The translations under genes and the position numbers were made by a program. DNA of 58,795 nt, the filler included, from Sphacelaria rigidula (lineage: Eukaryota), in assembly GCA_964200075.2 (NCBI GenBank). It is 8 parts of 8 records of this genome, joined end to end, with 100 filler letters (N's around TTAATTAATTAA, not from the genome) between each part and the next. Parts side by side here need not be neighbours in the genome. Positions count along the whole stretch, not along the records: positions 1 to 7,262 come from CAXNAA020015719.1; positions 7,363 to 14,624 come from CAXNAA020015720.1; 6 more parts are not named here. The stretch is one strand, 5' to 3'. Positions 1 to 11,856 of the stretch are shown piece after piece (the stretch's first letter is position 1; each line of letters opens with the position of its first letter). The notes beneath the pieces were generated by a model that saw nothing but the letters and a program-made list of their open reading frames with translations, was not told the DNA's origin and searched no databases.

Positions 1-67
1 ACGAAGGCAAGAAACAAAAGGGTCCCCCCCCCCCCCCCTCCCTCTCTACCCCTCCTACACACACACT

Positions 68-217
68 TGCTCTGTCTCGCAAGGGGTGCGTAGTCAATAG
101 TCAAACAACTAAGGCAAGCAACAAATGAGTACGGTGTCCGTCCCCACACACTTGCCCCACCTCGCGAGGGATGCGTGGTCAATGGTCGAACAACTAAGGC
201 AAGCAAAAAATGGGCAC
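68..217 (+). repeat. Two tandem copies of the LINE-3'-end structured module (family A)
   Basis: 68-132 and 153-217 share the core ctcGNRAggg(a/g)tgcgt(a/g)gtcaat(a/g)gtc(a/g)aacaactaaggcaagcaa. The same module occurs at ~7240-7262 (cut by the gap), ~19189-19252 (-) and ~51376-51434 (-). Confidence 0.85.
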
Positions 218-249
218 GCCCCCCCCTTCACACACTCGAAAATTTCTTC

Positions 250-1900
250 CATTATTTCGTCTGCCCCTGCCGCTCTTGTATTCTTGATCTTAGCTACACA
301 CTCGTTTGTTCCCTCTCTTGTCAACTCTGCAATTCATTCAAACCCCGATCTTCCTGCTTTGATGCCTCTACATTTGCCTCTGCCCACGCGTCGATTTCTT
401 GCCCTAGCTCCGCGTCGACCTTCTTGCTAGCCGTCAGTGTTCCTACTCAACGGTGGAGCTCTACCAGTGCTTCTCTGTTCCTTTTCAAACTATCGACCAT
501 CCTACCGTTTTGTGCTTCTCGTGCGGCTGTGTATGCCTCTCCTGTCCGATTGCCCAGTATCCCTTGAATCCCTACCCAGACTTACGTCACCCTGCCATCG
601 ACGTCTTCATTCTTTTTTTGAACAACATGTTTCCACGTTCCCTTTCAATTCTTCTCGGCAATCGTTTTTGCCTCTACACTAGCGTTCGCATATTCCTCCC
701 ACATTGCAGTAGTTTTCCTCCGTGAATATGGTGCTTGGACCTCTACCCTTACTCTTACAGAGTCTTTTACCTCCTCGTCCCACCGTTTGACTACTCTATT
801 GCAAATGGTCAGTTTCTCCCCTATAACTTTGCTTGCTGCGGTCTTGACCGATTGTTCCCATCCTTTGGTCATCTCCGCACCCGCCCGATCCCTTGCCATT
901 TGGATCGGATCTGTACCTACATTTCCCTGCAACGGAAAGTTTTATTGCATTTTTCTTCATCTTTTCGTAGAAGTTTTGCTGTTTTTATTTTATTTCACGT
1001 TTATTTATTATCCATTCGTGCAGTTTCCTACCCCGCGTGTTCTTATAACTCTCGCCTGTTGGCTACCTTTCCATACTAAGCAATATCCGTAGCTCCTACG
1101 TCCGCTGTGCATACCTTGATTGATTGATTGATGTATACATGTACTTCCGTTTCCTTACTGCGTCCATATTTTACCATTTTACAGTCAAGAATGGAGCTTC
1201 CTGCCGTTGGTACGCATGGTCTTGCCCATGGCAGATCTGGCTTTTTACTCTTATCGTTCAGTCATTTCATCTCGTTATTCTTACGGAACTACCATATTTC
1301 TACCCCATCTGTCTTCTTTGTTTGCCCCTGTTGCCCGGTATCATCATTCGGTCAGCTTGCTTTTCCAATCCTTGCATCATCATCTCCGTATAACATCACT
1401 TTTCCCTGCCCTTTCTACTCTTGTACATCTGCCCCTATCTCTCCGAACTCCTTTTGCTTAGCTCTTGCCGTAGTTTTCCACCCTGGGGGCATGCAGGTCT
1501 TTGAGAAAAAGACCCGTCCCCCGCTCTCTTGATATCCTTATCCATATGTTCTCGTCGATTTGTTCGTCTTCATCACTTCTACTATGTGAGACAGGCATTC
1601 CTCAACTAAGAGTTCTACTTCCCCCTCTCACCTATTCCAGCCTCCCTGTCCCTTCTTCTGTTTCCCTATCCACGCGTACTCTCCAACTTTGCATCCTACG
1701 TCCGCCTCAATGTTACTCCGTGACTCTTGGATTCCCACCATATCAAGGTCGCGCTCACTCACTTGTTGAGCTATTTCTGGTGTTTTGCGATCTTCCGTGG
1801 CGAATCCGCACACGTTCCACGACCCTTTTGTCAGCTTCTTTTTCGAATCACCACCTACTCTCCTTTTGTCTATTGGTCTCTATCCGTCACTCCAGCTGCT
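250..1900 (-). mobile_element. Degenerate non-LTR retrotransposon (LINE) remnant: APE endonuclease plus linker
   Basis: The minus strand reads GSWNVCGFATEDRK...LDMVGIQES (endonuclease N-terminal motifs) from ~1820. ORF 645-932 reads KTAASKVIGEKL...VKRWDEEVK, typical of the EN-RT linker. Many stops and frameshifts; ends approximate. Confidence 0.7.
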
Positions 1901-2059
1901 TTGCACTTCAAGGCCTTTACGGGGCATGTCATATTTGCCGGGTGCTTACTTAGCGTCTTCACGTGTTGTGTGTTCACGACGGTAACTGATGGGTGCTGTC
2001 GAATCGGGGCTTTCAAAAGGTTCCAACTACGACAAAAAGATAAACCGTTGAGGGAATGC

Positions 2060-2385
2060 TGTTGATAATGGTAACGATCATGAAACGATGATGATACCAC
2101 CATGATACGATCATTATCACGATAACAACCCTCCCGTAGAACCATGAGCAAAAGAACAATCAATATCGTTATGATGGAAACGAAAAGTAGTCGATGGTCA
2201 TCACTACGGAAGTGAACAGTGAATAGCAATGGAGATGAATTAGAATGGGAGTGAAGTATGGAAAAGAATGATGATAATGATGGTAGCAGTAGACAATAAT
2301 TACACAAAAAGTAACGATAACAGTACTGATTACAAGGTTTATAACAACGACTATAGGTGAAATTTATAGTAATGATCGTAACAGG
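2060..2385. repeat. Degenerate (RAT/AAT/AAC)n low-complexity tract
   Basis: Run of gat/aat/aac/agt triplets. Confidence 0.6.
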
Positions 2386-3089
2386 CAGTATTTACCTAGG
2401 CCACCGAATATCCCATGTCCTCAAGGTGCCATCTGCACATCCTGTAGCGACAGCGTAGCTTCGATACTTGTCCCAGTCCCCGCTCAGGACTTCTCGCCCG
2501 CCGTGTGCGCCGAACTTTCGATACGGAGGGTAACGAAAGCAGACATAACACAATATAACATATCAGAACATGACAGATCCGATCACGTCACATCCCATCA
2601 GAACACGATGATGGGGCTTCGAATCCTCGTGGTCGCAATTGAATGGAAAACTGAAATCACGTAACGTTGGCCGTGCGAGCTTATCTTGCGATGCGGCGGA
2701 AAAGCGGGCGGAACACGTGACAGAAGCGACATTGGACATACATATGGCTGCAATCGCAATGCCATGCATTGCAAAGCAAGAAGGAAATCACGTAGGAATG
2801 GCTGTGGGCGCTTAGCTTTTAATTCGAGGCAAAAAATTGAACAGAACATAACAGTTCCTATCTGAGTATTTTCCTTTTCTCCTACTTTGAGATGAGTCCG
2901 TAGTCTGAATTGAACAGCACATTTCTCCCACGGGGGCACTGTGCCTGCTCTACATTGTAGTAGTACATCATTGGATGATGACCATCAGCACTCCCGCAGG
3001 GCGTTGACTTCCGTCGAATTGCGTTTGTTTTGCGCCCACGTTCTCACGCTTTCCAGCCATGACAAAGGAAACGAGGAAATAAACTACTA

Positions 3090-6000
3090 CAGCCACTCTA
3101 GATCGTGCAGCCGTGCATCCTAATCGCCGCCCGACTGGGGATGATTTTGTCGGGGTGAGCTAACTAAGAGTGACATGGCCTCCAGACTAGCCTGTGTGTC
3201 GTGTCCTGTGTATCGTGTCAGTGATGGTGTTATTCACCGTCTACGCAGAGGATCATGCCGGCAGTGCCGACCTCCGGGCTCAATCCTGCAGCTGCCGAGT
3301 TTTACCCTGTACTGAGAGCCAAACTGAACCCCGCACCTGCAGAGATTTACCCAGCGCTGGGACAATGCCACGGAAAACACGTTGATGAAGATGAGAAACG
3401 TGTGAGCAAGTACCAGATTCGGCGGACTGCAAGGACTGGAGCTAGCGACCGATGTGGGCTGCGAGGGCTGCACACTCGCGCGGGATCATATTATAAGGCA
3501 AGTGCCATGACCGACGTGGCTACGAAAAGTCGAAAAAAAAAACTAAAACTCGCACGTGAGACAACAAGGCGAAACAGACCGATAAGGAGAACAGAACATA
3601 TAGAATGACGTGTGAACATAGAGAAGACTTGAGCTAGACCGCGTAGACGGGAGCTCGAAGTGGCGACCTACAATGTCCGTACTCTGTCTCTTACGGGAAA
3701 GAACGAAGCTGGCCATGCTGAGGTGGTTCTGCAAAAGTGACAGGCGGGGGGATGTGACGCCATCGGACTGCAGGAGACACGAAGAGCGGGCTGAACCCTG
3801 TTCTTTGCGGCTGGATATCGTGTCTTCTGCTGCGGGACGGGACGGAAGGGAGCAAGGAAAGGACTGGACAACATGGGGTCGGGTTGGTGGTCAAGGAGTC
3901 GATCATCAAGAAGGCGACGTGGACTCAGGCACTCATCAGCGAACGCCTCATGTCGACGACTTTTAACCTCGCAGGCAAATCAGGGGCTGCTACGTTTGTA
4001 GTTGCCTATGCCCCTACAGATACATCAACGTCAAGAGAAGAGTGATACATGTTCTGGACAGGTTTGGACACCGTTGTGCACTAAGTCCCTAGCGAACATC
4101 ACCTGTTTATTTTAATGGACGCTAACGCTAGGACTGGGGTACGAACAGACGAGGAGGAATGTAAAATATTGAGGGCATACGGCTGGGATTCCCGCACCAA
4201 CGACAACAATGGCACACCTCTCTCCTCTCCACGACAACTTGCAGGTGACAGCAGGCTTGCCCCAGCCAAAAAGTGCTTTTGCATCCACAGGGAAACCACA
4301 TCGCCTTTGCTTAGCGGTATTGCGAATCGACACGCGGACGAAGAGAAATTGACTACATCTTCGTACGGCGAGATCATCACCGGCTTATTCGCATTGTCAC
4401 CGCCCACATTCAGCCACCCAACTCGTCGGACTCTGACCACAATATCGTACGCGCCTCACTGCGGCTCCTTGGTCGCTTCGACACAACAGACCTGAGCAAA
4501 TCTCAATCGGGCGTAAACCGATCGACAGGTGGGCAATGATGAATCCTGGCACCGATAGACGCGAGCAATTCACCCAGCTCATCATCAGCAAGCTTAAACA
4601 AGATAGACCAGGCGATTCAGCCAGTACACTGGCTGCGAACTTTGCCGACGTACTCCTGAGTGCCGCCGAAAAGGTGGTAGGTGCCTCGTCTGACTCGAAA
4701 GCCACGTATACCGGGGTGGTTTGAGGATGCTGCCATCCGGATGGATTTCGAATTGGCCCAGAATGAGAGGGAAAGGGCGAGATCGACAGTGCAACTGGGA
4801 CTATCGAGAGGTAAAGCTGCATGGCGCACATAGCGAACAGCGTGCAAAAAAGTCAAATAAGCGATCTGCATTGGGGTGGACAGGTACTGGATGTGCACGC
4901 TCGAGGGTTGGAGGAGTATATTTGAGTTGAGGACATGAGGGGATGGTACAGATATCTGAACGAAGGGCGGAGGCTGTCGGGACAAGTAGAGAGCGAGCGA
5001 TACATTCGAGACGAGGACGGGAACAAACTGGGAGAGAAAGGCCCAATCAGTGAGAAATGAGAATGGTAGTTCGCCACATTCCTGAACGCCATGCCGGCAG
5101 CCACCGACCGAGCCGTCATCTAGAATTGCGCAACGGCCGAGTGAGATTGAGGGGGCTCTGAGGGCTATGGTGAAGGGCAAAGCGACGGGACCGGGCGGTC
5201 CACCTGCTGAAATCCTGAAGCTTGGACTGAGCGGTGAAGCTTCGAAGATTGTGCGGCACTTTCACGACATCGGCACTGAGGTATGGACATCTGGTGAGGT
5301 GCCGCAAGGGTGGAACGCTGCCACTATCAAAGTGCTACATGACAAGAAGTAAAGGACGAAGTGTGGTGACTACAGGTGCATCTGACTCGTGGCACATGGT
5401 GCTAAAGCCCTCAAAATCGTGGCCAATAGGCTCGGCCATTTTTGTGAGGCAACAAATGTCTTATCGGGAAAGCAATGCAGGTTCCGGCGCTAACGATCGA
5501 CCGCCGACATGATGTTCGTGGTACAGAAATTGGGACGGGCGAGCAGTGTCCCACTAAAGATGTGCTTCATCGACCTGTAGAAGGCCTACGATACCGTAGA
5601 CCACCCGCCCCCGTGGGAAGTGCTTGCACGATTCAGGGTCCTGCCGCGAACGATCACGATCATCCGTTTGTGTCACGATCGCAAGTGAGCTGCGGTACAG
5701 CTGGATGGTGGCGAACTATCAGCGTGGTTCCACGTCTGCCCGGGACTCAGATACGTCTGCGTTTCGTCCCCGTTGTCGTTCAACATCTTCGGCGCAGCCT
5801 TTGTCGACGTGATGGTGCAGCGGTTGGCGGCGGACCCAGCCATCGTCTCAGACTTGGTTTTTCTAGATGATACGCCAAACGGTGACGATGGTGAACGTCT
5901 GGAAGAAAAGCCGCTGGAGAAGGTACGGCACGCAGTGTGGGCGATGCTTTATGCGAATGACGTCGGCATAGTTGCGAAGGCCCTAGATGGGCCTGCTAGA

Positions 6001-7262
6001 ATGGTGGATATGACTGTAGTGACCTGCTAGGAGTTCGGATTGACGATGCCGAAGAGCAAGGCAAAGTCCATACCCCCGTGGTCAGTATCCAGCTTCAGAG
6101 ACCGCCCTGCACACCAGCGCGGCCGGTCAACGGCATACGCAGACGGCCGAGTTTGTTCACCTTGGTGATGCTGTCAGCGCGGATACGAAAAGTCTCATCG
6201 AAGTCAATCGCCGCGTTAGCGCGGCGTGGGCACGTCTCCGAAAATATAGCCCCCAACTCTGCGATCGACACAACTCCCATCTATCCTTCAAAGTCGGGCT
6301 GCATAACGCGAAGGCGGCGGAAGCTCTGCTGTACGAATATGTCACACAGGCGTTACGTTCTGAGGACTTTATAACAGTCTGCGCACTGCCCACCACCAGC
6401 TTTTGCTACGAGTGGTCGGATTCGGCAGGAAATATCGAATGGGCTGCAAGACTCTCTCGTACACAGCTGTGCTCGAGATGACCAACTGCAAATGTATCGA
6501 GGCGACCATCCGCAGGCGTCGACTAGCTCTGGTTCGCGGGAGACCTTGTCCGGCAGGACGAAACACGTCTCTCCGAATGCACGGCCACGAACGGTTAGCC
6601 GCCCAAGGGCCCAAAACGGCTGGTCGCCCCCGCAAACACTGGGGGGATAACCTCCAGGGCAACGTAGGTGCACTAGAGGCCCTTCCACGCAAAGGGGCGC
6701 GACGGAAATGCTTCGTCTGCGGTGTAGAGGTTAATGACGCACACCATTGGGTTAATGTGGCGAAGATCACAGGCAAATGGCATCTTGGGGTCGAGAAAGG
6801 AGCGGAACAGTTCGTCAAAGCGGGACACAAAGACGAGCGAGAACCGGACCGCTCACAAACGAGAGCTTGCTGCGTCGAGGGCTGCCAATCGGAGAACTGT
6901 CCTCTCTAGCACAACAACAGCAGCGGGTCGCGAGGAATCAAAGATGGAAATGAACGATAGAGTGACCCGCTTTGCACCCGAGTAGGAATGAATGCGAGAA
7001 GCTGGCCTAACACAGAAAGTGACGGACCACTGTCAATTCCTATCGGTCGTCGATTTCGTCCTCGGTCGGTGGTGTTGTGCTGTTTATGTTGCTCCCTGAT
7101 TCGTGTTCGTACCTTCTCTCCTGCACTGTATCCATTGGATTCCATCACTTCTGCTGTCTCCTCCTCTGTTTTCTATCTACCCCCCCCCCTCATCTCTATA
7201 CGCCAGAATGTTGGAGGTTTCTCTATTAGGAGTAGGAACGGTGCTCCGTCTCGAAAGGGATG
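3090..7262 (+). mobile_element. RTE-like LINE, near full length, inactivated (single APE-RT ORF with many stops and frameshifts)
   Basis: The ORF starts at ATG 3255. EN motifs: VATYNVRTLS (3660), GLQETRR, VVAYAPTD, LMDANARTG. RT motifs: KATGPGGPPAEILKLG, SGEVPQGWNAATIKVLH, CFIDL*KAYDTVDH, MLYANDVGIV. The C-terminal ATIRRRRL/GRPRKHW region is RTE-like. The 3' end runs into the gap. Confidence 0.88.
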
Positions 7263-7362
7263 NNNNNNNNNNNNNNNNNNNNNNNNNNNNNNNNNNNNNN
7301 NNNNNNTTAATTAATTAANNNNNNNNNNNNNNNNNNNNNNNNNNNNNNNNNNNNNNNNNNNN
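7263..7362. other. Artificial contig spacer
   Basis: N44-TTAATTAATTAA-N44. Identical spacers at 14625-14724, 21987-22086, 29349-29448, 36711-36810, 44073-44172 and 51435-51534. Confidence 0.99.
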
Positions 7363-8652
7363 TTGGGATCGGACTAGCCGACAGTCGAGGAACATTCCTC
7401 GTGACTAGAAGTTTCCTATGGACAGGACCTGTTGGTCTGGTTCTGGACAGAACCAAAGGCATGTTGGGTTCGCATAGCTGGGATTCACATCACCCCCTAG
7501 TTATGACGGTATTAGTGCACGCATTCCGTCAAAACTACAGAGTAAGTGACCTCACTTGATGCGAATAGCCAACATCCATCAGAATCTAGATCCGGAGTGC
7601 TCACTCACAACATTCCGGGGTAGATGTATAGGATGACGAGTGACATGCAAACAAAAGCTATGTTTGAGTGCATGAGTACCGATTTGAGAAAAATTGAACT
7701 ATTTTGACGTATCAAAAATAGTATGTCAGGATCCACAGACAGATATCGAGTTAGGATATGGTTAACTAGTTTTCTTCACAGTTTACGCATTTTCCAAGAA
7801 TTTCGTTTCATCTTACGATTGGTCACGTCCAATACTCGATCTAGATGAACCGGAATCGGACAGTATGTGTAGTGACTGTGGCCTGCAGGACCGAAAACGA
7901 GTATCTGAACAAAGAATTATGTTTATGCGTTATATTGATCCTGACTAAAGTGCCGAATAACTATGAGCAACGGAATAGCAGTGTGGCCAGACAAGTCTGC
8001 TATTTTATGGCACTGACAATCACCTTGTGTATAAATTCGGTGTAGACAAACATGGCTGACAGCTGACAAATTCAGTGCATTCCTGTGAGCGTTATGCATG
8101 CACAGGCAACATTACAAGAGGCACAAGTGACAGACGGGTAACACGCGTGTTCCTGTAAAGAAATACAAAAATCTTTTCGGAACAGACATGAACTGGCGAC
8201 AAACTTCGGATTATCAACCCCCCGTGTACGAGTGGGACGGGAAACTCTTACTACCCCCCTTGCACCGGGAGGTGAAACCAACATCTTTCTTGTGGGCAGT
8301 GCTAGTGCTCCTGCGTATACATACAGTATACGAGATGTTGATGCGGGTGGTATAGTGGAATTTTGTTGCGTGAGTGGGAAAATAAAGGAAATAAATATCG
8401 CTTTACTTGTGCTGACGATATTCGAAGATATCGTGACAAAATCGTCGTCCAGGAAAAATCTGGCGACAGCTCAACGCGTGCGCGGTACTTCGCACTAGAC
8501 AAGCCATGAAGGTTGAACCTCAGACAAAATATATATTTTGTATATCTGACAGATGCTGGTACATTTTGCTATGGGATGGTATCAGTGGTTGCTAGACTGA
8601 TACAGACGGGGATGTATGATACATCTGTGTGCACGGACAGTCCGAAATGACT

Positions 8653-9093
8653 CTAGTTGAGAACGGCAGAATCTTTACGAGGTTTTCGCCGTGGGGGATC
8701 AAACGCTGCCGGATCCTTTGACAAAATTGCTGCGCGGTAGGATTGAATCATCTCATGACATTGCGGAATGTGACGGTAATGGCGCCAGACTCCCCTTTGA
8801 GGCGGCCAGTCTTTGATTTTGAGATGATATTGGAAAGTATCCGGTGAACCGGCTCCTACCCCCCGTTTGTGACCATCGACATACTCCACTACATAGGGTC
8901 CCATCATAACCTTGTGCACTGAACCTCCAAGGTCTGGGATAGGAAGACGCGTTCCGAGGAACATATCGTCGAACGCTTCAAGATCGGGTATGGGTGATGA
9001 CGTGGGGACATTGTATTTCTTCATGCGACCAAGCTGGACAGTCATTTCTGCCGGATTATTTGTTTGACTGACTCGATAGATGACCGGTGACAA
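8653..9093 (-). pseudogene. Gypsy integrase C-terminus with chromodomain-like region
   Basis: YVVEYVDGHK...FQYHLKIKDWPPQRGVW...IPQCHEMIQSY resembles the chromodomain pattern. It follows the GPY motif and is separated from the integrase ORF by a lesion near 9095-9100. Confidence 0.65.
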
Positions 9094-9099
9094 TTTCGC

Positions 9100-10494
9100 T
9101 CAAATAGAGTATGGGCCATGCCAAGGACTGTAAAGTTTAGGGTTGGGCCCGGCAGTTTCATGGTATGGACGATGGATCAGCACTTGATCGCCTGGTTTGA
9201 AACCGGGAAAGGACAGTTTCTCGTTCTCAACCGCTTGCTTATCCGCTCGCTCTTTAAGATTGCGGCGGGCTAACTCGTAGGCTAGTTGCAAGTTGTGGAC
9301 AGTTTGACGGGAGTAATCAAGACGTGACTGAGGTGCGGTTGTGACTGGGACTCCGAGAATGAGATCGACAGGGAGGACAGCTGCGCAACCGAACATTAAA
9401 TAGTGGGGAGTCTCTTCGAGCGTGGACGAGTATGCAGTGTTATGCGCTAATTGGTCAAAAGGAAGTAACTCGGCCCAATGATCACAAGCCAAGTTGCTGT
9501 ACATGGCGAGCATATTGTGGACAGTGCTGTGGACACGCTCCAAGACTGAATTTCCTTGCGGACGGTATGCAGCAGTACGTGTTTTCTTGTAACCAAAGAT
9601 AGACTGCAATTCTTGGATTAAAGAGTTTTCGAATTCGCTTCCGCGATCTGAGTGGAGGGTTTCCGGTGGACTGAAAATTGAAAAAACACGTTCGACAAGT
9701 TTTCGGGCGACAGTGGGAGCTTCTTTGTTCTTGATGGCGATCAAGACGACATATCTAGTTAGGTGATCGATCACTGACAGGATGAACCGGTTTCCTCCTG
9801 ACATGGTTTTATACTCCACTAGATCGACGGCTACGCATTGGAACGAGCGTTTGATAGGACGGTGCCCGACAGGTAAAGTGGGTGGACGGTGAGAGGTTTT
9901 ACGATGCTGACAAGATACGCATTTGTTGACATGTTGTACATCGGTGTGCATTGTGGGCCACCAGTATCGATCACGTACTTTGTCAAATGTACCCTTGAAA
10001 GCTAAGTGACCCCCCGATGAGGGTAAGTCATGACAAGCATTAATGACAAGTTTCCGCAATGACTCGGGTACTACCAGCTGATCGCGAAAATCGTCGCGTC
10101 GACGTAGGTGGTTGGGACGATATGACGACACAATAATCCGTTGTAGAGAAAAAAAATTACTCATACTGAATTTCGATTGTTGGGGTGAGACAGGAGCTGA
10201 TTGAGGCCCATTGAGATAGTCAAAATACGGACCAAATTCCTGCTTCTGTTGATCAAGGAGTTTGACAGAGTCAACAACAGGGAAAACAGACACTGCGTTC
10301 GTGAAAAGTTCACGGTCACTCTCGACAGGTTCTATCTCGTTCAAGTTGTAAGATGACACTTCATATTCACGAGGCGGGCGGGTGAAATGGCTAATTATCT
10401 GGCACGTTTCGACAATTTGCTGCCAGTCGTGGTTCGGAGGGGAGTTCGTCTCCGTTGATGGGTATGAATAGACGAGACAGTGTATCGGGGACAA
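9100..10494 (-). pseudogene. Gypsy integrase
   Basis: HHCC finger (CHDLPSSGGHL...CVSC), DDE core (VAVDLVE / LHSDRGSEF / VLERVH) and GPY motif (PWHGPY). Confidence 0.93.
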
Positions 10495-10531
10495 TGTTGA
10501 GTTTACCCGGGACGTGTTTGACGGTGAAGTC

Positions 10532-11818
10532 TTAATTTTGAAGTGCGATGGCCCAACGGGTGAGCATGTTGGAGGTATCTTGCATATAGTATAAGTAGGT
10601 CAGAGCTTGGTGGTCGGTATGACGGGTGAAATGTCGACCCCAGAGATAAGTTCTCCAATGGATGAAGGACCATACAACTGCAAGACATTCTTTCATGGTT
10701 GGGCTATAGTGACGTTGACTCGACGAAAAGCGTTCGCTGTAATACGCCACTATATCGACTTCTTTTCCGTCGGCATCACCTTTGCGAGGCTGAGCCAAAA
10801 AAACACCTATTCCGGTTTCTGAAGAATCAGTGTGAACAACGAATTTTCTCGAGAAATCAGGAAAGTGTAGGACAGGAGGAGAGACAAGCACTTGCTTGGT
10901 TTTCGCCAAGGCTGCGTCTTGGTTAGGACCCCATGCTGATTTGAAAGTTCGTCTGTGAGCAAAAGTCTTGCGAGTGAGATCGACTAGTGGGGCCGTGAGT
11001 TCAGCATAATCTTTGACAAAACCACGGACAAAATTGAGCATGCCTAAGACGAACCGCAGGTCTTTGATGCATGTAGGCGTTGGCAGCTTTTGAATGGCTT
11101 CGATGCGATCAGTACTGACAGAAATACCTTCAGCGGAAATGACATGGCCAAGATATTCAATTTTCTTTTGGCCGAATTGAACTTTCGAAGGTTCAAGGGT
11201 TAAACCGGCTGCCTGTAGAGCAGAGAACATTCGCTCCAAAGATTGAAGGTGAGCTTCGAATGTGGGACTGATACAGATCACGTCATCCATGAACGCAAGA
11301 ACACCATAATTTTGACCGAGATGACCGAGAGCCGTAGACATGGTTTGCTGAAATAACCAAGGCGCGTTACAGACTCCAAACGGCACATGTTGAAAACAGT
11401 ACTTGCCGATCGGGGTGACGAATGCAGTCCGATCGATGTGTGCCGTCGCCACGGGGATCTGCCAGAACGCTGAGAGGACGTCGCAGACCGAGATGTATCG
11501 AGCTTCTCCGACTTCGTCCAGGCAGGCGTCAAGACTGGGCATAGGCCAACTTTTACGAACAATGTGGCGGTTGAGGGTGTGACGGTAATCAACATAGAAG
11601 CGCGGGCTGCCATTGCGTTTGGCGACAATAGTACATGGACTACCCCAAGGACTAGGCCGTTCTTCTATGATGTCCCATTCCAGCATGTCTTTCACGCATT
11701 TGTCACTGACTTCAGACGTAAGTGGATTTGGACTGTACGGCTGTTTATCTACTGGACGGGTACCTGGTGGAACGGGAAAGGTTGCTGCTGCGATGGTGCA
11801 GCGACCTAATTCGGACAT
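10532..11818 (-). pseudogene. Gypsy reverse transcriptase + RNase H
   Basis: SPWGSPCTIVAK, PRFYVDYR, PFGVCNAP, FMDD and YLGHVIS; RNase H VHTDSS...ECLAVVW...TDHQAL...RWAIALQ. Confidence 0.95.
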
Positions 11819-11856
11819 AGATAATGAGAAGACGGGCCGAAATTTAGCGCAAAGAT

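Noticed and set aside
3094-3172. HDV-like or twister ribozyme in the LINE leader
   Set aside because: GCTAA followed by a pairing segment is suggestive, but no consistent P1/P3/P1.1 could be assigned and the twister loop consensus is absent.
7307-7318. TTAATTAATTAA motif repeated through the window
   Set aside because: Synthetic linker within the N gaps.
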